A stretch of 63,907 nucleotides of DNA, counting the filler, from Thraustochytrium aureum (Eukaryota): assembly GCA_012862495.1 (NCBI GenBank). It is 5 parts of 3 records of this genome, joined end to end, with 100 filler letters (N's around TTAATTAATTAA, not from the genome) between each part and the next. Parts side by side here need not be neighbours in the genome. Positions count along the whole stretch, not along the records: positions 1 to 29,703 come from BLSG01000085.1; 4 more parts are not named here. One strand, 5' to 3'. Numbering within the stretch: the stretch's first letter is position 1; every line of letters starts with the position of its first letter. The notes under the pieces were generated by a model that did not search any database, had not been told where the DNA came from, and saw nothing but the letters and a program-made list of their open reading frames with translations. Position numbers and translations under genes: made by a program. Shown here piece by piece: positions 1 through 11,312 of the stretch.

Positions 1-3000
1 CAATCGAGAACCTCAAGAGCTTGGCGCGCGTCGCTGCGCAACAAGACGCCGCCCACCCGTTCCTCTTCCTTGCCGCTGCGTGGGGGTCAACCCGATGCTG
101 ACCGTTGCCTTGGACCTTGGCAGAGGTCTTGGTTCGCTCGAGTATTCAACCGAGGCTCTTGCCCGCGTTTTTGACGGTGCATTCAACGAGGAGGCGCAAC
201 TCGTTGTCGCTCTGGAGCCCTCTACGCTAAAGGCGATATCCAGCGGTCGCGCTTCACTCGCGTTGTGGCACGCCCAGGCGACGATGGAGGGCGTGGAGCA
301 CGCGCTGCTAGGGGAGGCGACGCTGCCTCTGAAGGACCTCTTGCTGTCGAACAACGGCGTGCATAAAAGGGTTGCGATCAGGTACCCTGGGGCGGCCCTG
401 GCGACTCACGAGCCAGCTTGTGTCGAGATTGCCATTTTTTTTGAGCACCACCGCGATGCCGCTGCAATTTTGCCATTGCGTAGAGACGCTGTCAGCAGCA
501 TTGAGGCCCCGAGCCGCGCCCCCAACGCCCGTCGGGAGCGCGGGGTTGAGGAGGTCAGTCCAATGGAGAGAGATGACTTTGACCAGTCTGAGCGGTTAGG
601 CGAGCGCTGGAGTGAACGTGTGGCCTCTGATCCCGACGAAAGCGAAGGCGGCGGCTCCGATGTGGTGGTCTTTCAGCCGAGTTTGGGGAGTGCGTCTTGG
701 GAGCAGCAGGCCGCGAGTTCCACCACCTCTGCGCTGCAAGGTCCTGGCGCGGCGGCAGACGAGTCGACTTTCCAGCCGAGCTCGGATGCAGCCGCTTGGG
801 GCGAGGATATCACAGCTCAGGGCTTGTCGGCCGTGCAGGATCCTGGTGCGGGGGCAGCACCTTTGCCGCGAGATCCCATCGAGCACCTGGCCAACGAAGC
901 TGGGCAAGTGGAGGACAAGGATCTTGGAAAGAGTCTCCGCGCTTTGTTGGTTGTCGAAAGCGCGATGCACCTCCCCATGATACAGTTTGGGGGGAAATTG
1001 GAGCTCCCGTTCGCGTACGTCTCCTTCACGACAGGGACGCGCCCTCTAGAAGAGACGATGTGCACTGGCCCGCCGGCGGACGGCCCAAGCTGCAAACCAA
1101 GGTGGGACGTGTCGATACCGGTGTCCCTAGAGGGAGTTCCTGGGAAGGCGCTCCGTTTGCATGTCTGGCACCGGTTTTCGCAGCCGCCAGGGCCAGAGAT
1201 CCCAGCAACTCGGGCCGACGAGGCCGATCGGGAGCCGCCTGGGCTCAACTTTGACCCGTACTTTGCCTCCTCCACCGAGGAGCGCGCCTGGAGCGTGCAG
1301 CCCGTGCTGGGCCCAGACGACACGTACATCGGTACAGCAGTGGTTGACTTGACAATGCTGGGGCGCGGAATCGAGAGAATTCACGGTTGGTACCACATTG
1401 TAGACCGCGAGCAGCGCCGTGTTGGACAGATCAAGGTCCTGGTTCGGCCCGAAAATGCGGCTGAGCAGACTGGCGCTGCGGTTGGGCTAGAGGGCGATGG
1501 CCAAGTTCACGAGGTGTCATCCGAAGGTGACGCGGACGGAGGCGCTTCTCTTTGCTCTGGCGAGTCTTTTGCGTTTGAAGACCACGGCGCGCCCAGCGAG
1601 GCCCCGAACTCTGAAGAGTCATCGCGCGAGGTTGGTGCGGCGGAGGCGTTTGAGGCGACCGAGTTGGACCCAGGCAATCTGCAAAGCATGGGAACAGCGC
1701 GCTGCGAGGGACTTGATCGCGCCCAGCTGCCCCTCCTGGATCCAGCTGGCGCTTGCGACCAGGTTGCCGACGGCCGTGCGAGCCCTAACGGCAGCACAAT
1801 CAGCCAAGCCCTGGAGGGCCTTCGGTTGGTTGACACTGACTTACAGCGCCGCTTGGCCGAGCTCTCGGCGGGCGAGGCCACCGCCGCGAACCGCATAGCA
1901 GCGTGGTGGCGTGCAAAGTCGTGCCGGTCAACCGCTGTGGCAGACCCTGGCGCGCAACGCGCCAAGGGGGCCGCTGAAGAGTCGTTGTGCGGTGCTGCTG
2001 CGACCACAATCGCCACGTGGTGGGTGGAGACCAAGCGCGCAGCCGATAGCAACCAACGGCGAGAAAATGCAAGCCTTCTGAAGGGCGAAGGGTCTGGACT
2101 CTCGCAGGCGTGTTCGCAAATGACCACCAAGCAGGCACACGAGTCAAGCGAGATGGCCACCTCGGGCGACGTGGTGGAGATTCCGCCTCAAAAGGGCTCT
2201 CCGGCTAGTTTTGAGTCGTGCAGCGCGCGGCCTGGGCAAGACGGCGTCGCTCGTGCCAACACGGGCCCCGAAGGAGGAACGGGAGAACGTGAGCGTGCTC
2301 TCGAGGCCGCTTCGCGCGACTTGTTGTTGGGGCCGCAGGATCTCACGTCAGCCATTGTCGAGTTGCGCGGGGCGCGGGCCTGGGACGCCCTGGATGCTGC
2401 TTGCACCGAAATTGTAGCTGAACCGTTGGCCGAGATTGTGAGCACACCCGAAACGGGTAGCAACGCTCCAAACGTCACTGCAGGGAACGACGCCTCCGGC
2501 TTTGAGACGGAGTCGGAGGGCGATGACGAACTCGTTCCTGCCGGCGGGGAGCACGAAGGGGTCGAGCTTGGCTCTGCAGCTGCTCTCGCGCATGGAATGC
2601 CGTTCGCCGGGATGGCCAGCGACGTGCGAGATCCTGCTGATGAGATGCGGGACTCTGACGTCGACGAGGAGCCTGCCGCCGCTGTGAGCCCTGTGGAAGT
2701 CGCAGAGCACTTGGCACGAGAACCCGGCGCGGCGGAGGCGAAGCACGGATCGGCTGCCCCCCCCACACCCCCAACCCCCGTGTCCTGCGGTGCGGTTGGC
2801 AAGGAAAACGCTGTTTCGCCCCACGCATTCNNNNNNNNNNNNNNNNNNNNNNNNNNNNNNNNNNNNNNNNNNNNNNNNNNNNNNNNNNNNNNNNNNNNNN
2901 NNNNNNNNNNNNNNNNNNNNNNNNNNNNNNNNNNNNNNNNNNNNNNNNNNNNNNNNNNNNNNNNNNNNNNNNNNNNNNNNNNNNNNNNNNNNNNNNNNNN

Positions 3001-3302
3001 NNNNNNNNNNNAACGCTGTTTCGCCCCACGCATTCGTCCATCTAGGAAATACTTTTTACAACCAGCTGTCACAGAACCCGCACCGGGGCGAGCCGCTTCG
3101 CGCGCTGCCGATGGTCCATGTCTGCAGCGCCGCAAACCGTTCGTTTGGGATGGCAAGCAGTGCACCGAAGGTGAAAACGGCCAGCGCGACAGGCCTCACA
3201 GAAGCCCACGGCGCGACCAGTGCCAGCCCAGTGTCTAGCGGGCGGAAGAGCTGGATGGATCCAGAAACAGCGCGAATCGCGCGGATCCTCAAGGGAAGCT
3301 GA
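1..3302 (+). CDS. C2CD3: C2 domain-containing protein 3-like (centriole distal-end protein), 3' part; 5' end outside window
   Basis: C2 motifs LLVVESAMHLP...AYVSF and YIGTAVVDLTML...IHGWYHIVD...GQIKVLVRP resemble the last C2 domains of C2CD3. The C-terminus in the 2790..3302 frame, DPETARIARIL, resembles the C2CD3 terminal motif. The gap at 2831-3011 is flanked by a duplicated 24-mer, and collapsing it joins the 80.. frame to the ..3302 frame. A likely indel lies in the G run near 82-86. Confidence 0.75.
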
Positions 3303-3919
3303 ACCGATTTTGCGTTTGGCTACTGAGCTACCTTGGGCGTTGTTTTGATGCGATCCGTTGAATGCTGCTGTTCGTTGCAACATGCGAATACTCATCCTTG
3401 GAGCCTTGGGAGAGCAGATGACTTCGGAGAGGCCGCTCAGAATGTCGCCTTGGTGTGCGGCCGTGTGAGATCGAAGCAATCTGGCCTCTTGCGTATTTGT
3501 CGCAAGTGGAGCATCAGTTCCCAGCCTTGCACCTGCCCAAGTACCGCCGTTTCGCTCGTTGAAGCGCAAGAAGCGACACCCCTCACTTGCGAACCGAGCA
3601 GGCAGACGTTTCATGGCAGCCAACCAAGTGCCGTGCGCTGGCTGGACGCCTGCTCCTGCTCAATCAATCGATCAAAACACTAAAAAACTGCATTTGGGTC
3701 CTGCCAACGGAAACATTTGTCAATGAAAACACCTGTCTCAGTGGGCGGTCGGTACTAGCTACTAGAACTCTGCCTATGCTTGATTGATTGTTGAGCAACG
3801 ATGAAACAGAGCCGCATCGCGAGCAACAGGGTCTGGCTGCGAGACGGAGGGCGGCCAGCAAGCGGGCGAGCTTGCTTCCGAACAATAGGGAAGGGCGCTG
3901 TGCTGCGCGCGTCGTCCCG

Positions 3920-6032
3920 ATGCTCGCCGTGGCGTTCAGCGCGGCGTGCTTACTGGGGCTCGGGTTGCCTTCGGCAGCTGCGAGTCCAGTGGTGATCGAT
4001 CACAGCAACAGAAGCAAGGTTGTGTACTATTTGTCGCAAGCCGGAGAGAATCCTGCTGTTGATCTCGAGGACGTGCGCGGATTCGCTGTGTCCAATCCAG
4101 ACGTCGACCTGGTGTACAAGTGGTCATCGAAGAACGACCAAAAGCACAATATTCGGCTCCTGCTCGAGCTCACGGACGCCCCGGACGTGATCGGATGGTA
4201 TGCTGGAGGAGAGATCAGCCGCTCACTGATCGCAGATGGCAAGATAAGAAATTTGCATAGCGCACTGACGCGGTTCGGCTTGTACGAGGAGATCCCAGGT
4301 TGGATTCTGAAGGGCGTGAGCGACCCGGAAACCGGCCATCCATACATGATACCAACAGACTATTACACGTGGGGCGTTTACTACAACCCTGAACTCCTCG
4401 ACGAGCTGGACATCTCGCCGCCGCACTCGTACACAGACTTTCTCGCGGCTTGCGGGAAGCTCAAGGACGCGGGGACGACACCAATCGCGATGGGCGCACT
4501 GCACAAGTGGCCGATGGCCGGCTGGTTCGACTACCTGAACATGCGCATCAACGGGCCAGAATTTCACCGCGACCTGACGGCCGGCAAGGTGGCCTTTACT
4601 GACCTGCGCGTGGAGAGAGTGTTTTTGGAGTGGGGGTCGCTGATCGAGCAGGACTTTTTCACGCCATATGCGACGGCGTCGAGCGTCGACTGGTTTGCAA
4701 TGCGGACGGCGCTCTTGGAAAAACGCGCAGGCTTTGCGCTGATTGGGGACTTTGTTCGACAAGAGTTGTCGGAGGAGGAGGAAAGAAAACTGGACTTTTT
4801 CCAGTTCCCGATCTACAACATCTCGGTCCCGGTCGGCGAAGATGCCCCAACGGACGGATTGCTGATTCCTACAAACGCGGGGAACCCAGCAGGTGCAGAG
4901 CGTCTGGCCGCTTACCTCGGGGGGGTCGAGTACCAGAGCAAGCGTTTGAACACAACGTCACTCCCGAGCAACACCGGGGCGTCTCGAAAGATTAGCGATC
5001 CCAAGGTGCTGCGCGGTGAGGCGATGCTGGCCAAAGCGGACGTTGTCATGCAGTTCTTGGACCGCGACATGAAGGGAGAGATGGTCACCATTGTTCTAGC
5101 CGGGCTGATGGAGTTTTACGAGTCTCCAGCGAGGCTCGATCAGATCTTGGCCGGCGTTGAGCGAGCGCGCCAAGAGCTGTATTTGGGTATAGTTGCCACC
5201 CCTGTGACGTCAGTCCGTATCGGGACCTATACTGAGGCTTTGGTTGTGCCCTTGAACACGTCTACCGCTGGCGCGCAGATTTTCTACACCACTGACGGGT
5301 CGTATCCTTCTGCATAGGATCGTTGCTTTACACCGCCCCCATTGTGTTGATTTCCATGGACAACACACGATCCGAGCAATTGCAGTGAAGGAGGGGCTTC
5401 GAGAGTCTGTGCCAGCCAATCTGGTATTTAAGCTTGTGCTCAAGAAGACGGTCGTTGCGTCGATTGGGTCGGCGGCGCGTGCGGGGACCACCATCATCGT
5501 CCTCGGGGTGGCGCTGCTGGCGGGCTTGGCAGCCGTGACGATCCGTTTGCGAAACAAGCAAGCGTTTCGGGCGAGCTCGCCGGCCTTTCTTCTTCTGATG
5601 AATTTGGGCTCTGTGATGGTGGTGTGCGCAGGCATCCCCCTCGGGTTTGACATCAAGATGGGTTTCTCAGAGACTGCGGTTGAGAGGTCGTGCATGATGT
5701 CGGTGTGGATATTCACGCTGGGCTGGACGTTGATGTTTGGGAGCATCCTTCTCAAGACATACCGCATCGTGTCGATTTTTTCCAAGGCGTCTCTGCTGGA
5801 CGCGCGTCGAGCGCTGCGGCTGACAAACGGGTACCTTTTGCTGCGTGTTCTGGCGCTTATGCTGGTCGAGAGCGTTTTTGTGGGGCTTTGGCAAATCACC
5901 GACCCGTGGGTTGGCAAGGCCGTGCAAGTCGAGCCTTTCGTACTTGCGTACAAGTGCACGTCGTCCAGGCTCACTTGGTGGTGGGTGCTGGCCTTCTCGA
6001 AGGTGCTCATGATCGTTGCTGCAGTCGTGTTC
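3920..6032 (+). CDS. Class C (GABA-B-like) GPCR with signal peptide, bacterial-type extracellular sugar-binding protein domain and Fn3-associated/chitobiase C-terminal-like linker; two frameshifts; 3' end in gap
   Basis: ATG 3920 starts a signal peptide (MLAVAFSAACLLGLGLPSAAA). SBP family 1 motifs: YMIPTDYYTWGVYYN, PIAMG...GWFDYLNMRING, DFFQFP...EDAPTD, QFLDRD. Fn3-associated motif IFYTTDGSYP..GSLLYTAPIV..TIRAIAVKEG is restored by adding one base near 5310 and one near 5349. 7tm_3 motifs: RASSPAFLLLM, C...W...LGWTLMFGSILLKTYRI..IF, W...DP. Confidence 0.85.
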
Positions 6033-6829
6033 NNNNNNNNNNNNNNNNNNNNNNNNNNNNNNNNNNNNNNNNNNNNNNNNNNNNNNNNNNNNNNNNNNNN
6101 NNNNNNNNNNNNNNNNNNNNNNNNNNNNNNNNNNNNNNNNNNNNNNNNNNNNNNNNNNNNNNNNNNNNNNNNNNNNNNNNNNNNNNNNNNNNNNNNNNNN
6201 NNNNNNNNNNNNNNNNNNNNNNNNNNNNNNNNNNNNNNNNNNNNNNNNNNNNNNNNNNNNNNNNNNNNNNNNNNNNNNNNNNNNNNNNNNNNNNNNNNNN
6301 NNNNNNNNNNNNNNNNNNNNNNNNNNNNNNNNNNNNNNNNNNNNNNNNNNNNNNNNNNNNNNNNNNNNNNNNNNNNNNNNNNNNNNNNNNNNNNNNNNNN
6401 NNNNNNNNNNNNNNNNNNNNNNNNNNNNNNNNNNNNNNNNNNNNNNNNNNNNNNNNNNNNNNNNNNNNNNNNNNNNNNNNNNNNNNNNNNNNNNNNNNNN
6501 NNNNNNNNNNNNNNNNNNNNNNNNNNNNNNNNNNNNNNNNNNNNNNNNNNNNNNNNNNNNNNNNNNNNNNNNNNNNNNNNNNNNNNNNNNNNNNNNNNNN
6601 NNNNNNNNNNNNNNNNNNNNNNNNNNNNNNNNNNNNNNNNNNNNNNNNNNNNNNNNNNNNNNNNNNNNNNNNNNNNNNNNNNNNNNNNNNNNNNNNNNNN
6701 NNNNNNNNNNNNNNNNNNNNNNNGGGCAGACGTAGGTCAGTCCTGGCGTCGTCGCGCCGTGCCAAGCCAGCCCACTACGTGGGTCAGCTCGCTCTACTTG
6801 GCGCCTTGGCAGGGCTTAATCCCGCAGGA

Positions 6830-7861
6830 CTACTCGGCCTGGGCCCCTGGAGCTTGGCTCACGAGGCTGGCTGCCTTTTGCATGAGGGGCTCTCGTCGCT
6901 CTTCCACGTCGCGGGGCAGACGAGGGTCCTTGGGATTACAGTTGTCGTTGAAGTAGACCGGGGCAGTGGGACTCGTCAAGCGCGGGTCCAGCGCAAGGCG
7001 AACGGACGGCCCCGCGCCAGCTTCGAGTGTCTTGTGGAACCCGAGGAGCAGGGCGACACGCGGAAACGCATACAGCCACCACGTCAAAGAAAAGGTCGCC
7101 GCAGATCGGCCCAGTTTGGTCTGGATGACACCCGGATGAAGGGCGCGCGCAATGACGGGGTGGTCGGGGTCGGAGCCGAGCGTCGCGTTGATGTGCTGAG
7201 CATGAACGATCTGCATCGCCTTGCTGACCGAGTACTCCTGAAAGGACATGTATTCGGCCTTGGAGATGGGGATCTTGTCGACGCTAAGGCGCTCAAATTT
7301 GAGAAGCGTGTGGGCGGAAGAGCTGACGTTGACGACGCGCGAGGGCTCGTCTGCGGTGGCGCTGGCCTTCAGACAGGGCATGAGCGCCTCGGCGAGGGCG
7401 TATCCAGCTAGAAAGTTGACCGCAAACTGCATTTCGTAGCCGTCGGCGGAGGTCTGGTACTTTGGGAGCTGCATGATCCCGGCGTTGTTAATGAGCACGT
7501 TGAGCTGTTTGGACGGGACGACGTCGCCAGCGTTAAACTTGGCCGCGAACTCGTGCACGCTCTTGAGCGAGCTGCAGTCCAGGACGCCAGGGATGACCTT
7601 GCTCGGCTCCACCTTGGCGGATTTGGCAATGAGCGCGGCAGCCTCGTCGGCCTTGGCTTGGGACCGGCAAACCACCACGACGGTGGCGCCGGCAGCTGCG
7701 ATGCCGATTGCAGCTTCCTGCCCGATGCCCGAGTTGGCGCCTGTAATCAGAACGACCTTGTCGGCAAAGTCGCGCCCGCGCACGTTGGCGCAGATCTTCG
7801 CGGCCTCGCGCGCGCTTGTCTTGACAGAGAACGCCGAGTCCGTGGCATTTGCAACCGACAT
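6830..7861 (-). CDS. Short-chain dehydrogenase/reductase, retinol dehydrogenase 12/WWOX-like
   Basis: VLITGANSGIG Rossmann motif, LINNAGIM, DGYEMQFAVN, RVVNVSSSAH, catalytic YxxxK (YSVSK), LHPGVIQT. Likely start MSVANATD at 7861. Confidence 0.92.
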   Translation of the reverse strand: MSVANATDSAFSVKTSAREAAKICANVRGRDFADKVVLITGANSGIGQEAAIGIAAAGATVVVVCRSQAKADEAAALIAKSAKVEPSKVIPGVLDCSSLKSVHEFAAKFNAGDVVPSKQLNVLINNAGIMQLPKYQTSADGYEMQFAVNFLAGYALAEALMPCLKASATADEPSRVVNVSSSAHTLLKFERLSVDKIPISKAEYMSFQEYSVSKAMQIVHAQHINATLGSDPDHPVIARALHPGVIQTKLGRSAATFSLTWWLYAFPRVALLLGFHKTLEAGAGPSVRLALDPRLTSPTAPVYFNDNCNPKDPRLPRDVEERREPLMQKAASLVSQAPGAQAE

Positions 7862-8794
7862 TCTCGCGTGTGGGCTCGCAGGCAGGTCGAACTGGTGCGC
7901 TGTCGCTTGTGCTGCTCCGTCGTGCGGCTCACCTCTGCGCAGCTGTGATCGCGCTCTGGCCCTGCTGACGGTCGGGCAAACGTCGGAGAACACCGAGCAT
8001 GTGCTCACTGGCGGCACAGCCTGGTGGCACCTCGCGCACTTCCGTGAACAACGGTATGTCTTCCGTTCACAGCGGAAACTATCATTGTGCACGTTTTTCA
8101 TTATTACGCACAATGTGCTGCGCGGCGTCGGCGACTCGGCACGAAGTGGAGATCATCAGAACAGACATCATCAGAACAGAATCCANNNNNNNNNNNNNNN
8201 NNNNNNNNNNNNNNNNNNNNNNNNNNNNNNNNNNNNNNNNNNNNNNNNNNNNNNNNNNNNNNNNNNNNNNNNNNNNNNNNNNNNNNNNNNNNNNNNNNNN
8301 NNNNNNNNNNNNNNNNNNNNNNNNNNNNNNNNNNNNNNNNNNNNNNNNNNNNNNNNNNNNNNNNNNNNNNNNNNNNNNNNNNNNNNNNNNNNNNNNNNNN
8401 NNNNNNNNNNNNNNNNNNNNNNNNNNNNNNNNNNNNNNNNNNNNNNNNNNNNNNNNNNNNNNNNNNNNNNNNNNNNNNNNNNNNNNNNNNNNNNNNNNNN
8501 NNNNNNNNNNNNNNNNNNNNNNNNNNNNNNNNNNNNNNNNNNNNNNNNNNNNNNNNNNNNNNNNNNNNNNNNNNNNNNNNNNNNNNNNNNNNNNNNNNNN
8601 NNNNNNNNNNNNNNNNNNNNNNNNNNNNNNNNNNNNNNNNNNNNNNNNNNNNNNNNNNNNNNNNNNNNNNNNNNNNNNNNNNNNNNNNNNNNNNNNNNNN
8701 NNNNNNNNNNNNNNNNNNNNNNNNNNNNNNNNNNNNNNNNNNNNNNNNNNNNNNNNNNNNNNNNNNNNNNNNNNNNNNNNNNNNNNNNNNNNNN

Positions 8795-10071
8795 GGCGAG
8801 ACAGCTGAGGAAGCCCTCAAGGTGGAGGCCATGCGGAAGGAGAAGGAACGGGAGAAGAAGAAGGGCAAGAACCTGAAGGCGAAAGGCGAGTTTTTGTGCA
8901 TGGCCAACTCGCTCGCCGAGCTGGACCACGACCACGAGGGCTTCGTGTACGAGCTGACAGGAAACCAAATGGAGTTTGCGCTCCCCGAAGGAGCCTTGCA
9001 CGACTTTGCCGAGGACGTCAAGCTGATGGAGACGCCGAGCTTTATGGTCCGCAAGCCGTTCTTGGACATCAAGTCGCGCATGGACGAGATCTCCGCAACG
9101 CCAGGGCCCGCGACGTACAACGCTGATGCTTGGATGGCCGGCGTGCTCACCGGCGAGCGCGGAATCGGGAAGAGTGTTGCCCTGATGACCGCCGTGATGC
9201 ACGCGCGCGCCGCGGGCTGGCTCACCCTATTTATGCCAGACAGCCGCGACTGGGTGACCGACAAGACCGCGCTGGAGCTGGGGACTGGCACAGCAGCCAT
9301 GCTCCTGCCGAGCAAGCACCACCATGGCATGCTGGCGCAGCCGATCGGCGCGCAGCGCATCCTCGGGTTTGTTCACAAGCTGCACGGCGCACAGCTCAAG
9401 AACCTGCCCCTGCGGCGGTCGTACGCGCACTCGAACTACAAGCCAAGTCGCTCTTGTCCGTGGTGGAGTATGGTCTTCAGCACCGCGCGACGGCCGGCGA
9501 TGCTCTCATGGACCTGCGGCTCGAGTTCTCCCTCGTCGAGGAGCTGCCGGTTTTGGTGGCAGTGGACCAGGCCAACGCGTTTTACTGGCCGACGGCCTTT
9601 TACGCCAAGGGGGAGGCGGTGGCGCCGAGCTCACTGCTCGCAGCGGCGGCGTTCCGGCCGTTTGACACTGCTGGGCGCGTGCTCGAGGAGCAGCGCATGA
9701 CGCGTGGGCTGATCCTCTCGGCGACGACGGCCAAGTACGGCTGGCCAGTCCGGCCCGACGAAATCCTCGAGCACTACGTCGACACTCGGATCCCTTACTT
9801 TCGTCCATACGACGTCCGCGGCGCCAAGCTCGATTCCAAGGTGCTGTCCGCCGATGAGTCGTTGCGCAACCAGGGTTTGCTGGCACATGACATCGCGGTC
9901 AGCCCCTTTGACGAGCGCGAGGCGCGCCACTTCATCATCAACCTCAGAAAGCAGAAGCTTGTGTACGAGACGAACAAGGTCGATTACCGGCGCCTCCGCA
10001 TGATCATGGCAGTGACTGGTGCGGTGCCCCGCCACCTGCGCGATGCGGTGATGTTCTCGCACGTCGAGTAG
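8795..10071 (+). CDS. DAP3: Mitochondrial small-subunit ribosomal protein mS29 (DAP3); 5' end in gap, frameshift near 9443
   Basis: P-loop VLTGERGIGKS followed by HARAAGWLTLFMP. After a one-base shift: LPVLVAVDQANAFY (Walker B-like) and VSPFDEREAR, both typical of DAP3. Confidence 0.8.
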
Positions 10072-11312
10072 GCAACTGCATAACATTTTAGTCAACCAAA
10101 AACCGTTGCCGAAGCGCGAGCTTGGATGGATTCGCCGGGACTGGGTTGTGGTTTCCGTTTTTGCAGGCCAGCCCAACGAGCTAGCTCGTGCCTTCAGCAG
10201 CAGCCATCACCTGCAGCTCTTCGCTAGGCTTGTTTGGAAGGGCAAGCCAGGTTTGCCAACTTTTCGAGGAAAGACGGTATGTCGTGCGAGCTGGCATACG
10301 TTGCGAGCCGTGCCAGCTCCGAGCCGCGAAAGCCCACTGTGTCCCACCTGACCGGTCGATTGCTGGACCGGCGGGGTGATGCGAGTGGCCGGCCCTCCTG
10401 GCGCGCCACTCGAATCGCCCTCTCCGCTCTANNNNNNNNNNNNNNNNNNNNNNNNNNNNNNNNNNNNNNNNNNNNNNNNNNNNNNNNNNNNNNNNNNNNN
10501 NNNNNNNNNNNNNNNNNNNNNNNNNNNNNNNNNNNNNNNNNNNNNNNNNNNNNNNNNNNNNNNNNNNNNNNNNNNNNNNNNNNNNNNNNNNNNNNNNNNN
10601 NNNNNNNNNNNNNNNNNNNNNNNNNNNNNNNNNNNNNNNNNNNNNNNNNNNNNNNNNNNNNNNNNNNNNNNNNNNNNNNNNNNNNNNNNNNNNNNNNNNN
10701 NNNNNNNNNNNNNNNNNNNNNNNNNNNNNNNNNNNNNNNNNNNNNNNNNNNNNNNNNNNNNNNNNNNNNNNNNNNNNNNNNNNNNNNNNNNNNNNNNNNN
10801 NNNNNNNNNNNNNNNNNNNNNNNNNNNNNNNNNNNNNNNNNNNNNNNNNNNNNNNNNNNNNNNNNNNNNNNNNNNNNNNNNNNNNNNNNNNNNNNNNNNN
10901 NNNNNNNNNNNNNNNNNNNNNNNNNNNNNNNNNNNNNNNNNNNNNNNNNNNNNNNNNNNNNNNNNNNNNNNNNNNNNNNNNNNNNNNNNNNNNNNNNNNN
11001 NNNNNNNNNNNNNNNNNNNNNNNNNNNNNNNNNNNNNNNNNNNNNNNNNNNNNNNNNNNNNNNNNNNNNNNNNNNNNNNNNNNNNNNNNNNNNNNNNNNN
11101 NNNNNNNNNNNNNNNNNNNNNNNNNNNNNNNNNNNNNNNNNNNNNNNNNNNNNNNNNNNNNNNNNNNNNNNNNNNNNCGGCGGTCGGTTGGTCGACCTTG
11201 CGCTGGACGCCGACCCGCGGAAGAGCGTGGCAGCCGCCAAAGGCCTGGGTGCGCCAAGCGGCCGCTCGGAGCTGGAGGGGCCCCTCGCTGGCGGGCCCTG
11301 ACGCGACGATGA

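Noticed and set aside
3920..5190. Bacterial contaminant ABC-transporter gene
   Set aside because: No permease or ATPase neighbours. It is contiguous, without a gap, with eukaryotic C2CD3 upstream and a 7TM domain downstream.
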